A DNA stretch of 64,000 nucleotides, from assembly GCA_964016885.1 (NCBI GenBank), contig CAXHJY010000762.1:17530-81529 (forward strand), given 5' to 3'. The first letter of the stretch is position 1. Each line of letters starts with the position of its first letter. Source of the stretch: Eledone cirrhosa (taxonomy: Eukaryota). A model generated the notes under the pieces. It ran no database searches and was not told where the DNA came from. It was given only the letters and a program-made list of their open reading frames with translations. A program made the position numbers and the translations under genes. Below, piece after piece: positions 45,845 to 60,695 of this stretch.

Positions 45845-46985
45845 TCATTATCATCACCACCAGCATCACCCTCATTATCATCACCACCACTCCCAGCATC
45901 ACCATCACCACCACTACCACCACCACCACCACCACCACCGCTACCAGCACCCCCATCACGACCACCACCATCACCACCACTATCACCATCACCACTACCA
46001 GCATCACCATCACCACCACCACCACCATCACCATCACCACCACCACCATCACCACCACTATCACCATCACCTCTACCAGCATCACCATCACCACCACCAT
46101 CACCATCCCCATCACGACCACCACCATCACCACCACTATCACCATCACCACTACCAGCATCACCATCACCACCACCATCACCATCACCATCACCACCATC
46201 ACCACCACTATCACCATCACCTCTACCAGCATCACCATCACCACCACCATCACCATCCCCATCACGACCACCACCATCACCACCACTATCACCATCACCA
46301 CTACCAGCATCACCATCACCACCACCATCACCATCACCATCACCACCATCACCACCACTATCACCATCACCTCTACCAGCATCACCATCACCACCACCAT
46401 CACCATCCCCATCACGACCACCACCATCACCACCACTATCACCATCACCACTACCAGCATCACCACCACCACCACCACCACCACAGCCAGCATAACCATC
46501 ACTACCACCATCACCATCACCACCACCATCACCATCACCACCACCACCATCACCACCACTATCACCATCACCACTACCAGCATCACCATCACCACCACCA
46601 TCACCATCCCCATCACGACCACCACCATCACCACCACCATCACCATCACCACCACCACCATCACCACCACTATCACCATCACCACTACCACCATCACCAT
46701 CACCATCACCACCACCACCACCACCACAGCCAGCATAACCATCACTACCACCATCACCATCACCACCACCATCACCATCACCACCACCATCACCACCACC
46801 ATCACCACCACCACCACTATCACCACCACCATCACCACCACTATCACCATCACCACCATCACCATCACCACCACCATCACCACCACTATCACCATCACCA
46901 CCACCACCACTACCACCACCACCACCACAGCCAGCATAACCATCACCACCACTATCACCATCACCACCACCACCACCATCATCGC
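45845..46985. repeat. (ACC/ATC)n tract with a 150-bp higher-order period
   Basis: CTCTACCAGC recurs at 46071, 46221 and 46371. Confidence 0.9.
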
Positions 46986-47119
46986 CATAATAACCGTTTT
47001 GACGAACAACAACAACAACTGCCAAAGCAACACGTAAAGAAAAAAAAAACCAGAAATATAAAAATTAACAATAAAAACCATTGAAATATAAACAAAGCAC
47101 AGCAAATTGTAACATGAAG

Positions 47120-47440
47120 GACAACAACAACAACAGTAACAACAACAGCAACAGCAACAACAACAGTAACAACAGTAACAACAACAGCAACAGTAACAAC
47201 AACAATAGCAACAGCAACAACAGTAACAACAACAATAGCAACAGCAACAACAGTAACAACAGCAACAACAGTAACAACAACAGCAACAGTAACAACAACA
47301 ACAACAGCAACAAAAACAGTAACAACAACAACAGCAACAACAGCAACAGTAACAACAACATCAGCAACAAAAACAGTAACAACAACAACAGCAACAACAG
47401 CAACAGTAACAACAACAACAACAGTAACAAAAACAACAAT
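47120..47440. repeat. (AAC/AGC/AGT)n microsatellite
   Basis: Direct reading. Confidence 0.95.
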
Positions 47441-47585
47441 CATTATTAATAAAGACGAGGGAAGAAAAATAACAGCGATAAATGGAATAATAATGAGTTG
47501 GGTAAAGTCAGAAATTAATTGAAATCACGATTGTCTCCCCCTTCCTTCTACATATACCCCTGCCTCACATATACACTCATACTCA

Positions 47586-47589
<4 letters not shown>

Positions 47590-47628
<39 letters not shown>

Positions 47629-47687
47629 GTATATATATATGTATGTATATATATATACATATATATGCATATATATGTATGGGTATG

Positions 47688-47737
<50 letters not shown>

Positions 47738-48644
47738 GTATGTATGTATATATATATATGTGTATGTATGTATATATATATATGTGTATGTATGTATATA
47801 TATATATGTATATGTATGTATGTATATATATATATGTATATGTATGTATGTATATATATATATGTATATGTATGTATGTATATATATATATGTATATGTA
47901 TGTATGTATATATATATATGTATATGTATGTATGTATATATATATATGTATATGTATGTATGTATATATATATATGTATATGTATGTATGTATATATATA
48001 TATGTATATGTATGTATGTATATATATATATATGTATATGTATGTATGTATATATATATATGTATGTATGTATATATATATATGTATATGTATGTATGTA
48101 TATATATATATGTATATGTATGTATGTATATATATATATGTATATGTATGTATGTATATATATATATGTATATGTATGTATGTATATATATATATGTATA
48201 TGTATGTATGTATATATATATATGTATATGTATGTATGTATATATATATATGTATATGTATGTATGTATATATATATATGTATATGTATGTATGTATATA
48301 TATATATGTATATGTATGTATGTATATATATATATGTATATGTATGTATGTATATATATATATGTATATGTATGTATGTATATATATATATGTATATGTA
48401 TGTATGTATATATATATATGTATATGTATGTATGTATATATATATATGTATATGTATGTATGTATATATATATATGTATATGTATGTATGTATATATATA
48501 TATGTATATGTATGTATGTATATATATATATGTATATGTATGTATGTATATATATATATGTATATGTATGTATGTATATATATATATGTATATGTATGTA
48601 TGTATATATATATATGTATATGTATGTATGTATATATATATATG

Positions 48645-48676
<32 letters not shown>

Positions 48677-48776
48677 TGTATGTATGTATGTATGTATGTA
48701 TGTATATATGTATGGATATGTATGTATGTATGTATATATGTATGGATATATATATATATATATATGTATGGATATG

Positions 48777-48816
<40 letters not shown>

Positions 48817-48822
48817 GATATG

Positions 48823-48862
<40 letters not shown>

Positions 48863-49275
48863 GATATGTATGTATGTATATATATATGTATGGATATGTA
48901 TGTATGTATATATATGTATGGATATGTATGTATGTATATATATGTATGGATATGTATATATATATATGTATGGATATGTATATATATATATATGTATGGG
49001 TATGTATGTATGTATATATATATATATATGTATGGATATGTATATATATATATATGTATGGGTATGTATGTATGTATATATGAATATGTATATATATATA
49101 TATGTATACATATATATATGTGTATATGTATATATATATATATATATATGTATGTATATGTATATATATATATGTGTGTATGTGTATGTATATGTATATA
49201 TATATATATATGTGTGTATGTATGTATATATATATATATATATATATGTGTGTATGTGTATGTATGTATATAAAT
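47590..49275. repeat. TA/TG tract with a homogeneous 28-bp unit core (~47800-48650)
   Basis: Unit TGTATATATATATATGTATATGTATGTA. Confidence 0.92.
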
Positions 49276-49364
49276 ATATAACTTGGAATAACTTTGAAAT
49301 GTTTTGGCCAGTATTGGCCCAGGCCATGTCTAACTTAATAGCACCACCTGGCGAAGTCTTTCAA

Positions 49365-49496
49365 TTCACGGCGACGTTGGAGTGAGTAAAGTTTCAGGTT
49401 TTCCAATCGACCCCAGTAGTCAAGGTCTGACATGCCATCTATCTTTTTCGTGATTGCCCTTTGAGGAGCTTCAAGTTTCATGATACTTTGTTTCGT
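49365..49496 (-). pseudogene. CR1/L2-group LINE ORF2 C-terminal fragment
   Basis: Translates [44 protein letters not shown], matching the CR1 pattern LE.VQRRATK.I.G...L.Y.ERL..L.LYSL.RRR. Confidence 0.85.
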
Positions 49497-49676
49497 GTAT
49501 ATATGTATAGATATGTATGTATGTATATATGTATGGATATGTATGTATGTATATATGTATGGATATGTATGTATGTATGTATGTATATATATGTATGTAT
49601 GTATATATATGTATGTATGTATATATATGTATGTATGTATATATATGTATGTATGTATGTATATATGTATGTATGT

Positions 49677-49709
<33 letters not shown>

Positions 49710-49768
49710 CGTATATATATATATATGTATGTATATGTATGTATGTATATATATATGTATGTATGTAT

Positions 49769-49802
<34 letters not shown>

Positions 49803-49806
49803 GTAT

Positions 49807-49840
<34 letters not shown>

Positions 49841-49886
49841 CTATATATATGTATGTATGTATGTATATATATATATATATATATAT

Positions 49887-50107
49887 CCGGGAGAGATGAC
49901 CCCTTAGCCTTTGTCAAGGCAGAATTCTAGGAGAAGGAAAACTCTGATGGTATCCAATGATGTTGACTTGTTCTTCTTTTTGGTAAATATCATCTTGGTT
50001 AAGTCGCTGGCTGGACTAAAAAGTCACACTCGTTCAGCGCATCGGTAGGGGTTCTCCTCCATGGATATAAAGTAGTGGCCGTACTCGAAAACGAGTTGGC
50101 AGCCACC
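49887..50107 (+). mobile_element. Family B copy, 5'-truncated, with two internal deletions
   Basis: Matches reference 13287-13697 minus 20 nt and 170 nt. Confidence 0.88.
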
Positions 50108-50174
50108 ATATATGTATGTATATATGTATATATATATAATTGTTTTCACATGCATACTTCACATTTGCACATAC

Positions 50175-50685
50175 TAACATATACTAACACACACCAACAC
50201 ACACACCAACACACACCAACACACTAACACACACACCAATACACACTAACACACTAACCCACACCAACACACACAACAACACACACCAACACACTAACAC
50301 ACACTAACACACACACCAATACACACCAACACACTAACCCGCACCAACACACACACCAACACACACACCAACACACACACCAATACCCACACCAACACAC
50401 ACACCAACGCACACACCACAACACACCAACACACACACCAACACACACACCAACACACTAACACACACACTAACACACACTAACACTAACACACACACTA
50501 ACACACACTAACACACACACCAATACCCACCAACACCCACACCAACGCACACACCACAACACACCAACACACACACCAACACACACACCAACACACACAC
50601 CAACACACACACCAACACACACACTAACACACACCAACACACACTAACACACACTAACACACACACCAACACACACCAACACACC
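50175..50685. repeat. (CA)-derived degenerate repeat (ACACACCA/ACACACTA)
   Basis: Direct reading. Confidence 0.9.
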
Positions 50686-51330
50686 GATGTATTGAAAATA
50701 ATAATAATAAAGATGCTGTTAATGATGTTAAGGTTGTTTGTATTGATTGTAAGATGGTGATGATGCTGCAACTGTTGCTGATGGTGATGATGATGATGCT
50801 GCTGCTGCAACGGATAATGTTGTTGCAACTGTTGCTGTTGATGTTGCTGCTGCTGCTGATGAAGATGATATAGATATGCAAAAAAAAAAAAAAAAAATTA
50901 ATAAACGACAGCAGCAGCATCAATACCAACGATGATGGTGATGGTGATGGTGATGATGATGATGATAGTGATGGTGGTGATGGTAGTGATGGTGATGATG
51001 GTGATGATGATGGTGATGATAGTGATGGTGATGGTGGTGATGGTAGTGATGGTGATGGTGGTGATGGTGATGATGGTGATGATGATGATGATAGTGATGG
51101 TGGTGATGGTAGTGATGGTGATGGTGGTGATGATGGATGTGATGGTGATGGTGATGATGGTGATGATGATGGTGATGATGATGATAGGGATGGTGATGAT
51201 AGTGATGGTGATGATAGTGATGGTGATGATAGTGCTGATAGTGATAGTGATGATAGTGATAGTGATGGTGGTGATGATGATGATAGTGCTGATAGTGATA
51301 GTGATGGTAGTGATGGTGATGATAATAATG

Positions 51331-52530
51331 GTAGTGATGGTGATAGTGATGATAGTAATGGTAGTGATGGTGATAGTCATGATAGTAATGGTAGTGATGG
51401 TGATAGTGATGATAGTAATGGTAGTGATGGTGATAGTGATGATAGTAATGGTAGTGATGGTGATAGTGATGATAGTAATGGTAGTGATGGTGATAGTGAT
51501 GATAGTAATGGTAGTGATGGTGATAGTGATGATAGTAATGGTAGTGATGGTGATAGTGATGATAGTAATGGTAGTGATGGTGATAGTCATGATAGTAATG
51601 GTAGTGATGGTGATAGTGATGATAGTAATGGTAGTGATGGTGATAGTCATGATAGTAATGGTAGTGATGGTGATAGTCATGATAGTAATGGTAGTGATGG
51701 TGATAGTGATGATAGTAATGGTAGTGATGGTGATAGTGATGATAGTAATGGTAGTGATGGTGATAGTCATGATAGTAATGGTAGTGATGGTGATAGTCAT
51801 GATAGTAATGGTAGTGATGGTGATAGTCATGATAGTAATGGTAGTGATGGTGATAGTGATGATAGTAATGGTAGTGATGGTGATAGTGATGATAGTAATG
51901 GTAGTGATGGTGATAGTCATGATAGTAATGGTAGTGATGGTGATAGTGATGATAGTAATGGTAGTGATGGTGATAGTCATGATAGTAATGGTAGTGATGG
52001 TGATAGTCATGATAGTAATGGTAGTGATGGTGATAGTGATGATAGTAATGGTAGTGATGGTGATAGTCATGATAGTAATGGTAGTGATGGTGATAGTCAT
52101 GATAGTAATGGTAGTGATGGTGATAGTCATGATAGTAATGGTAGTGATGGTGATAGTCATGATAGTAATGGTAGTGATGGTGATAGTGATGATAGTAATG
52201 GTAGTGATGGTGATAGTCATGATAGTAATGGTAGTGATGGTGATAGTCATGATAGTAATGGTAGTGATGGTGATAGTGATGATAGTAATGGTAGTGATGG
52301 TGATAGTGATGATAGTAATGGTAGTGATGGTGATAGTCATGATAGTAATGGTAGTGATGGTGATAGTCATGATAGTAATGGTAGTGATGGTGATAGTCAT
52401 GATAGTAATGGTAGTGATGGTGATAGTGATGATAGTAATGGTAGTGATGGTGATAGTGATGATAGTAATGGTAGTGATGGTGATAGTCATGATAGTAATG
52501 GTAGTGATGGTGATAGTGATGATAGTAATG
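51331..52530. repeat. 30-bp minisatellite, 40 copies (GTAGTGATGGTGATAGTSATGATAGTAATG), within a longer (GAT/GGT)n tract
   Basis: Exact phase is kept over 1200 bp with a single G/C variable site. Confidence 0.97.
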
Positions 52531-52817
52531 GTAGTGATGGTGATGGTGATAAGTGTAGTAATAAAAAGAAATAAGATTTCGAGACATTTGGTCTGATATA
52601 TTGTTTGGAAATATGTGACGTTTGCTCTCAATGATTTATAGTAACGTCCCATACAAGAGTTATATTTCTTTTAGAAAACATCTCCTACCATTTCACACAC
52701 GCACGCACGCACGCACGCACGCACGCACACACACAAATACACACACACACAAACATACACACACACACATTCACACACACACATTCACACACACACATAT
52801 TCACACACACGCACACG

Positions 52818-52882
<65 letters not shown>

Positions 52883-53010
52883 CTATATCCAGAAACATAA
52901 ATAGACGAAGACGTCAAATTTTTACATACGAAAAAAAAAAAAGTAAAGAAAAATCGAAAATGGAGGAGAAGTTTGATTAACGACAAAAGAATATAGGATG
53001 TATATAGAGT

Positions 53011-53136
53011 GGCAAGTATGGCTGTTTGGGTAGGTCGTTTGAACCGTAACCACTTAGTTCCGGGTTCAGTCTAACTAGATAGCACCCTGGCCAAGTTTCT
53101 TCTTCTCTTATAGCCTAGGGTTGACTAATGCCTTGT
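53011..53136 (+). mobile_element. Third tRNA-derived SINE family, degenerate 5' part
   Basis: TGGCTGTTTGG A-box-like, CCGGGTTCAGTC B-box-like and GCACCCTGGCCAAGT; resembles a common octopus SINE as recalled. Confidence 0.6.
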
Positions 53137-53151
53137 AAAAGCCTGTCATAC

Positions 53152-53194
<43 letters not shown>

Positions 53195-53392
53195 TATATA
53201 TATATACACATATATATATACACACACATATATATATATGGAAAGAGATAGAAGGCTAAACAATGACTGTGAGATAAGGTAACGAAAAAGCAAGCTACCT
53301 GGTAACTTATATGTATGTATAATATGAACCTCGATACCAACTTCTTTTTCCGTCTTTAAGATTCTTCCTCCCTATTTTAAAAGCTATTTTAT

Positions 53393-53619
53393 AGCGGTGG
53401 ATTGGCAGTATCGGTAGACGACACCATGCTTTGCAGCATAGAGTTACGGTCCTTTATGATCTGTGTTCAAATCCTGCCGAAGTTAACTTTGTCTTTCATC
53501 CTTACGGGGTCGACAAAATAAAGTGCCAGTCACTCACTGGGGTCGATATAATCACCTTACCCCCAACCCCCGCCCCCCAAAAGAAAATTGCTGGCCTTTT
53601 GCCTATATAAGAAACCATT
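53393..53619 (+). mobile_element. SINE family A1
   Basis: Homology, with A and B boxes. Confidence 0.9.
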
Positions 53620-53828
53620 TAATAGCACCTCCGAGCATGAGTAACCATTCTTCATATTAACTTCATCTCCTCAGCGCTTCACAAAAGTCCAAGAGATCGT
53701 CTATGAAACTTTAAATAATAATATAAATATTTCAACATCATAAAATAAATACATATTTCAAGCCATATAGGTTCCTTGTGGTATGGTTACATTGTACCAG
53801 AAAAATATTTACTTGTAAGATATATAAT

Positions 53829-54009
53829 TGTTTCTACTTTTGGCACAAGGCCATCAATTACCCAGTGCATTACTGGTACTTTATTTTATCGACCCCGTAA
53901 GGATGAAAGGCAAAGTTAACCTCGGTGGGATTCGAACTCAGACCGCAAAAGGATGTAACTATGCTGGAAAGCATGGCGTCCGACCCTCTACCGATACTGC
54001 CAATCCACC
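53829..54009 (-). mobile_element. SINE family A1 with 18-bp TSD
   Basis: TSD ACTTGTAAGATATATAAT at 53811-53828 and 54010-54027. Confidence 0.93.
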
Positions 54010-55105
54010 ACTTGTAAGATATATAATGACATTTATTTACATAGATGTATTAATTTTTGATTGAGAGAAGTCTCTGAAAAGTCATTATTCCTGTGGTGTA
54101 AGACAGAAGTCCCACAGGTGAAGATAATATCTGTCCTTCACTTTACTTACTACCAGTCTCCTACTTAACCGTATTACAGTCTGTTTTATAAACTATGTTA
54201 AAGTTTTATTTAGAAACTACATAAAATGTTTGCACTCGACTTATGTTTGACAAGAGTAAAATATCTATACTGGAACTTCAATTTAGCGGTCTTTAATGAA
54301 TGTTTTCTTTCATTGTCAGTGAGAAAAACAAGCATTTACGAGCAAATTGAATCTGATCCAGTGTAAAGCCTGCATTTGTCGTTGGGGTGAACTAGATATT
54401 CAACAAAACAGCATTGCTTATCATATCCATACATCCTCTATCGCTGAATTTAATGTCGTATCGAAATAACTAGCTCATTTCTCGTGCCAACAATATGACA
54501 GAAATTTAGTCGTAATTATATACAGTACTATAAGCAGACTCAAAGAAGCAATTTCCACTAGCTATCGTTCGAATGTTTACTATAAAATCAATGTTTATCG
54601 TTCTATATGTTTATTTTTCAGTATAGCTTTAAATACCCATAACACGCATCAATATTAACAAGAGAGTCTCCGTAAACATATTTAATAGAAATTGCTAATA
54701 CGCCAGAGAAAACAAGACAGATATAATCAATAAGATATAGATGACGTTCAATTGATACAGCACAGCAAGGCCATAAATAGGTCAACTCATATGGAAATAG
54801 GTCATTGTATCCACAACTATAAATTCGTACTGCAGTAAGGGAGATATATTAGTATTATTATTGTCGCTACGTCGCATGGGAAGGATTAAGTTGTCAAACT
54901 GATCATAGGAAATATTATTCTAATTCATTCTGTTAGTAAGAGCGCCAAAGTTGTTATTGTTGGAGTCTTTAGGCCCCATGGTGGACCCTAAACAGTGACA
55001 TTCCAGTGGCAACCCTTCTACCTCCTTCCCAATACACTACAGCCATAGAACTAAAGTTTACCTTCTAAACGACTAATATAAAATTTAAAGAAGAGTTGGC
55101 TAATA

Positions 55106-55297
55106 CGAGGGGTGGTTGAAAATTTCATAGGCTGACTAAGATACTCTCATGGAATGACCAAGTGAGGTTTATTTTTCAACATAGTCCCTGGAAAGAAACA
55201 ATGTAGTTATTATTAATAAGATGAGTTGAAAATAATACATGCAAGATTTCACAGCTCTAGCATCACTCCTTCATAGTCAACCTATGAACTACCCTCG
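55106..55297. mobile_element. Mariner-type MITE, both ends present, TA target duplication
   Basis: TA-CGAGGG...TTCATAGGCTGACTA / TAGTCAACCTATGAA...CCCTCG-TA; partial copies at 36677 and 59503. Confidence 0.8.
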
Positions 55298-55423
55298 TAT
55301 ATATCTGTAAGTCAATACGGTCATCAATCTTATCATTACATATATATTTTTAATCAATACCGATTAATATTGTTTGTATGAAAAATGTCGCAATTATCAT
55401 TATGATTAAACTGTTAATACAAC

Positions 55424-55466
<43 letters not shown>

Positions 55467-55631
55467 ACACACACAGACACAGACACACACACACACACAC
55501 AGACACACACACAGACACACACATACACACAGACACAGACACACACACAGACACACACAGACACAGACACAGACACACACACAGACACACACACAGACAC
55601 ACACACACACACACACACAGACACAGACACA

Positions 55632-55692
<61 letters not shown>

Positions 55693-55879
55693 AGAGAGAG
55701 AGAGAGGCACGCACGCTTAGAAACGTATATATACACACACATAGATACATGCATACATACATGCATACATACATACACATACACACACACACACACACCC
55801 ACATATATAGTAATACGTCCATACATTATAGACATAATATATACACACACACACACACACATACATAGACACAGATACA

Positions 55880-56270
55880 CACACACATAGTAATATGTTC
55901 ATACACATAGACACACACATATACACACACATATAGTAATATGTTCATACATATAGACACACACATACACACACACATATAGTAATATGTTCATACATAT
56001 AGACACACACATATACACACATATAGTATGTTCATACATATAGACACACACATACACACATATAGTAATATGTTCATACACAGACACACACACACACACA
56101 TATAGTAATATGTTCATACACATAGACACACACATATACACACATATAATATGTTCATACACATAGACACACACATACACACATATAGTAATATGTTCAT
56201 ACACATAGACACACACATACACACATATAGTAATATGTTCATACACATAGACACACACATACACACACAC
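55880..56270. repeat. ~45-bp minisatellite with core CATATAGTAATATGTTCATACACATAGAC
   Basis: Direct reading, ~8-9 units. Confidence 0.88.
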
Positions 56271-56337
56271 ACATGCTGTGAAAGAGATATTTAACTCTGT
56301 GTAACATTATAATTGATTTTGTCTATTGTTGGTGTAA

Positions 56338-57070
56338 TTATAGCGATGATGGTGATTGTTAGTTATAGCGATGATGATGGTGATTGTTAGTTATAGCGAT
56401 GATGATGGTGATTGTTAGTTATAGCGATGGTGATGGTGATTGTTAGTTATAGCGATGATGATGGTGATTGTTAGTTATAGCGATGATGATGGTGATTGTT
56501 AGTTATAGCGATGGTGATGGTGATTGTTAGTTATAGCGATGATGATGGTGATTGTTAGTTATAGCGATGGTGATGGTGATTGTTAGTTATAGCGATGATG
56601 ATGGTGATTGTTAGTTATAGCGATGATGATGGTGATTGTTAGTTATAGCGATGATGATGGTGATTGTTAGTTATAGCGATGGTGATGGTGATTGTTAGTT
56701 ATAGCGATGATGATGGTGATTGTTAGTTATAGCGATGGTGATGGTGATTGTTAGTTATAGCGATGATGATGGTGATTGTTAGTTATAGCAATGGTGATTG
56801 TTATAGCGATGATGATGGTGATTGTTAGTTATAGCGATGGTGATGGTGATTGTTAGTTATAGCGATGATGATGGTGATTGTTAGTTATAGCGATGGTGAT
56901 GGTGATTGTTAGTTATAGCGATGATGATGGTGATTGTTAGTTATAGCAATGGTGATGGTGATTGTTAGTTATAGCGATGATGATGGTGATTGTTAGTTAT
57001 AGCAATGGTGATGGTGATTGTTAGTTATAGCAATGGTGATTGTTATAGCGATGATGATGGTGATTGTTAG
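56338..57070. repeat. 28-bp minisatellite (TTATAGCGATGATGATGGTGATTGTTAG), ~26 copies
   Basis: Direct reading. Confidence 0.95.
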
Positions 57071-57862
57071 ATGATTCATTAGAGATGGCTCTAACAAAGC
57101 ACATCTGGCTTTACTGCAATTAAAAACAGATTGATTCATTATTTAGAACTTCAACAATAACAACAACAACAGCAGCAATAATAACAACAGCAATAACAAC
57201 AATGGCAAAACAACAACAACATCAGTAATGACCACAACGATATATATTCACTTCATTTTCTTCTTCTTCTTCTTCTTCTTTCATTTGCTTCAAATAAATA
57301 TTTACACACAAACGCAGAGAGGAGGATAGAGATAGTGAGTGAGTGAGGGAGAGAGATCGAGAGAGAGAGAGGAGGAGAGAAAGAGATAGTGAGTGAGGGA
57401 GATCGAGCGAGAGAGAGAGGAGGAGAGAAAGATAGCGAGGGAGAGAGAGTGTGTGTAATAGGGGTCCTTCATTCCTATACTCTATATTCATTTAACCAGA
57501 AAACAACACACCAGCCCTTACAAAAAAACAACAACGACAAAAAGAAAATAATAGGAACAAAGAAACAAAAATAGCCCCAAAAAACAAAACATGAAAAAAA
57601 CATATAAAACACCAGTAAAATCTAAACAAAGAAACAATATAAAAATAAAAGCCAACAAAACTGATTGACTGATAAATTAACAACCAATAAAATCTTCATA
57701 AAACAATTAATAACTGTTGTTGTTTTAACAATGTCCAATGTTTTCAATAAGGATATTTCAATGAAATGATACTGTTATTAATATCATCTTTTGTCATTAC
57801 ATATAATGTATATATAGCATAATAGGTGTAACACTGGAGTGCCTTCATCAATTATATATATA

Positions 57863-58033
57863 TGGGAAAATGTTCAAGACCCCGACGGCAGAGCTCAAGC
57901 CGTTTCGACGTCGAAACGGCCTGAGCTCTGCCGTAGGGGTTAAACATTTTCCTATTACCCACTGTACTACCCTAAGTATTGAATACTCTGGTGCGTTATG
58001 GTCCATCTGGTTCCTTACCACAATTCTTTCGTT
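57863..58033 (+). mobile_element. Family C copy with loop-less fold-back
   Basis: Palindrome centred on TTTCGAC|GTCGAAA (57909/57910); body homologous to the reverse complement of 868-990. Confidence 0.75.
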
Positions 58034-58034
58034 A

Positions 58035-58100
<66 letters not shown>

Positions 58101-58256
58101 GATATCTAGATGTCTATCTATCTAGATATCTTCCACATCTCCTTTCTTTCCTTCTCTGGAAGATATCCTTTCTGTTCAGACCTGGAGACGGGATGAACTC
58201 CAAGACAGGCTTTATATCACTACACCGTTCCAACGAATCAATTAGGTTTTCCGTGT

Positions 58257-58292
<36 letters not shown>

Positions 58293-58570
58293 GCAAACAC
58301 ACACACACATATTTGTGTATTTCTATAGATATCTGTTTATACACAGGAATTGAGACAAAGAAAGGAAACTATATTTCTGTACTTAACCAGGTGATATAAA
58401 TCTCAGTATCCTCCATATTTTAAATAGTTTTACAAAGTTATGTAATCCTAGATACATAAGGAAGACATTTGTTCAGACGTAAACGTATAACTTCCCCTAA
58501 GTCGCTGGTCTTTTACCAAAATATCATCCCAGTTATATAATCGGGATGTAAATTTGGATGAATCGTTAAA

Positions 58571-58760
58571 ACTTCTTCTTCGCCTACTTCTTCATGAGAG
58601 GGTCGTGGAGGCAGAATTGTCAAAGACTTCTTCCAGCGGGTTCTGTCAGAAGTAACCCCCTCCAACTGATCCGGCTGGATCCCCAAGAGAGACTAGCCAA
58701 ACTCATGGATGTTATCCAACCATCTTGCTCGAGCTCTACCCCTGGGTCTCCTGCCAGTTG
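58571..58760 (-). mobile_element. 5'-truncated RTE (Expander/Rex3-like) LINE 3' end with 11-bp TSD, inserted in an old SINE head
   Basis: Translates PTGRRPRGRARARWLDNIHEFG*SLLGIQPDQLEGVTSDRTRWKKSLTILPPRP with a (GAA)n tail. TSD GAATCGTTAAA at 58560-58570 and 58761-58771. Confidence 0.88.
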
Positions 58761-58857
58761 GAATCGTTAAAGCGTCGGATAAAATGATTTGGTGCATTTA
58801 GTTCCGGTTCTTAACGCTCTGGGTTCAGGTTTCACTGTGGAATTCCTGTAGAACAGA

Positions 58858-58972
58858 TCTGATGTAGTTATGTAATGTGTGCAGGTCTGATGTAGTTATG
58901 TAATGTGTGCAGGTCTGATGTATTTATGTAATGTGTGCAGGTCTGATGTAGTTATGTAATGTGTGCAGGTAT
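58858..58972. repeat. 28-bp tandem repeat, 4 copies (TCTGATGTAGTTATGTAATGTGTGCAGG)
   Basis: Direct reading. Confidence 0.92.
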
Positions 58973-59502
58973 GTATGTATTAGATTGGTTTAGTTTATAG
59001 ATAACGGAAGAGATAAATCAATTTATTGTACATCGGGGCAGTTCCTGTCGCATGAAAAATAGTGTTTGACAGATTCTTTATATATGTTTGAAATTTACCA
59101 CTTTGTGACATATGGCTTTGGAATGTTCTGAGAATAGGGGACTCAACTATCCAATCAGAGAGCTGACTGCCACTACATACTTCTAGCTCCCTGTCTTTAT
59201 CTTTCTATCCATTTATTCATATATCAATATATCCCTCTATCCATTAATCCATGTATCTATATATATCTATATCTATTTATCCATAAAATTACTGGCGTTC
59301 AATACCATGACAGTGAAGCTACACTAATAACATAGTGTGGTATGACAGTGCTGTGTGATAGAAGAAAACGTTGCTTTTAATACTATGCTAAAATACGAAG
59401 GTAGGCAGAAAAGTTAATGGGTTGAGTATGAAGGAGTGATGGTAGAGCTGTACAATCTTGCATGTATTAATTTCAACTCTTCTTATTAAAAACTGCATTT
59501 TT

Positions 59503-59592
59503 TCTCTCCAGGGCCTATGTTGAAAAATAAACCTCATTTGGTTATTCCATGAGAGTATCTTGGTCAGCCTATGAACTTTCAGCTGACCTTCG
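59503..59592 (-). mobile_element. Mariner-type MITE end fragment
   Basis: Reverse complement homologous to 55106-55195. Confidence 0.75.
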
Positions 59593-60013
59593 TTCTACGC
59601 TAGTTTCGGGCTATGCTAGTCAAATCCGAATCTTTCACAGTACAGATAAAATAAAGAGGTATCTGAATATATCTCTAATACATGAAATAAGTAAAGTTGA
59701 AGCTTGGATACTATGTCGGTAATGTCTTTATAAAATATACAAAACTTCGCATTGATGTAGATGGATTATATGGGAAGAATGGAAACCGCTTGTCGTTTGA
59801 GATACTTGTCTCCACACGGCTGTAAACTAAAGAAAAACACAAGACTATCAACATCAAAGGCAAGGTAACAACAACAGCAACAACAATATACACAACAGCA
59901 ACAACAACAACAAAAGCATGCAATGTAATGTGTTAATGATCAACAACTACAGTTATAAGATTATAAAAACAATATTATACAATGTACATCATATATATAG
60001 TTGTGCGTGTGTA

Positions 60014-60096
<83 letters not shown>

Positions 60097-60264
60097 GTGT
60101 ATGCACGTGTGTGTGTACAAATATATAAATATATATATAAGTATTATATACAGACGTATGTATGAATAAAAATAAAATTTTAAACAAAGTATACAAAGAC
60201 ATTTCAGCGTAAAACAGAAAAGTATATATATATATATACACACATATACATATATATATATATG

Positions 60265-60695
<431 letters not shown>

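Noticed and set aside
45802-47025. 407-aa Gly/Asp-rich ORF resembling a structural or biomineral protein
   Set aside because: It is an (ACC/ATC)n microsatellite with a 150-bp period, open in multiple frames, with no ATG start or signal peptide. Similar tracts recur nearby.
49341-49353. CTCF-like motif GCACCACCTGGCG
   Set aside because: It lies within a probable LINE remnant, and a single motif match is uninformative.
50898-52652. His/Tyr-rich and Met/Val-rich 550-580 aa ORFs (reflectin- or beak-protein-like at a glance)
   Set aside because: They derive from a 30-bp minisatellite and contain no reflectin motif or chitin-binding domain.
56338-57070. CRISPR-like 28-bp repeats (also 58858-58972)
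   Set aside because: Head-to-tail tandem units with no unique spacers, no cas genes and a eukaryotic context.
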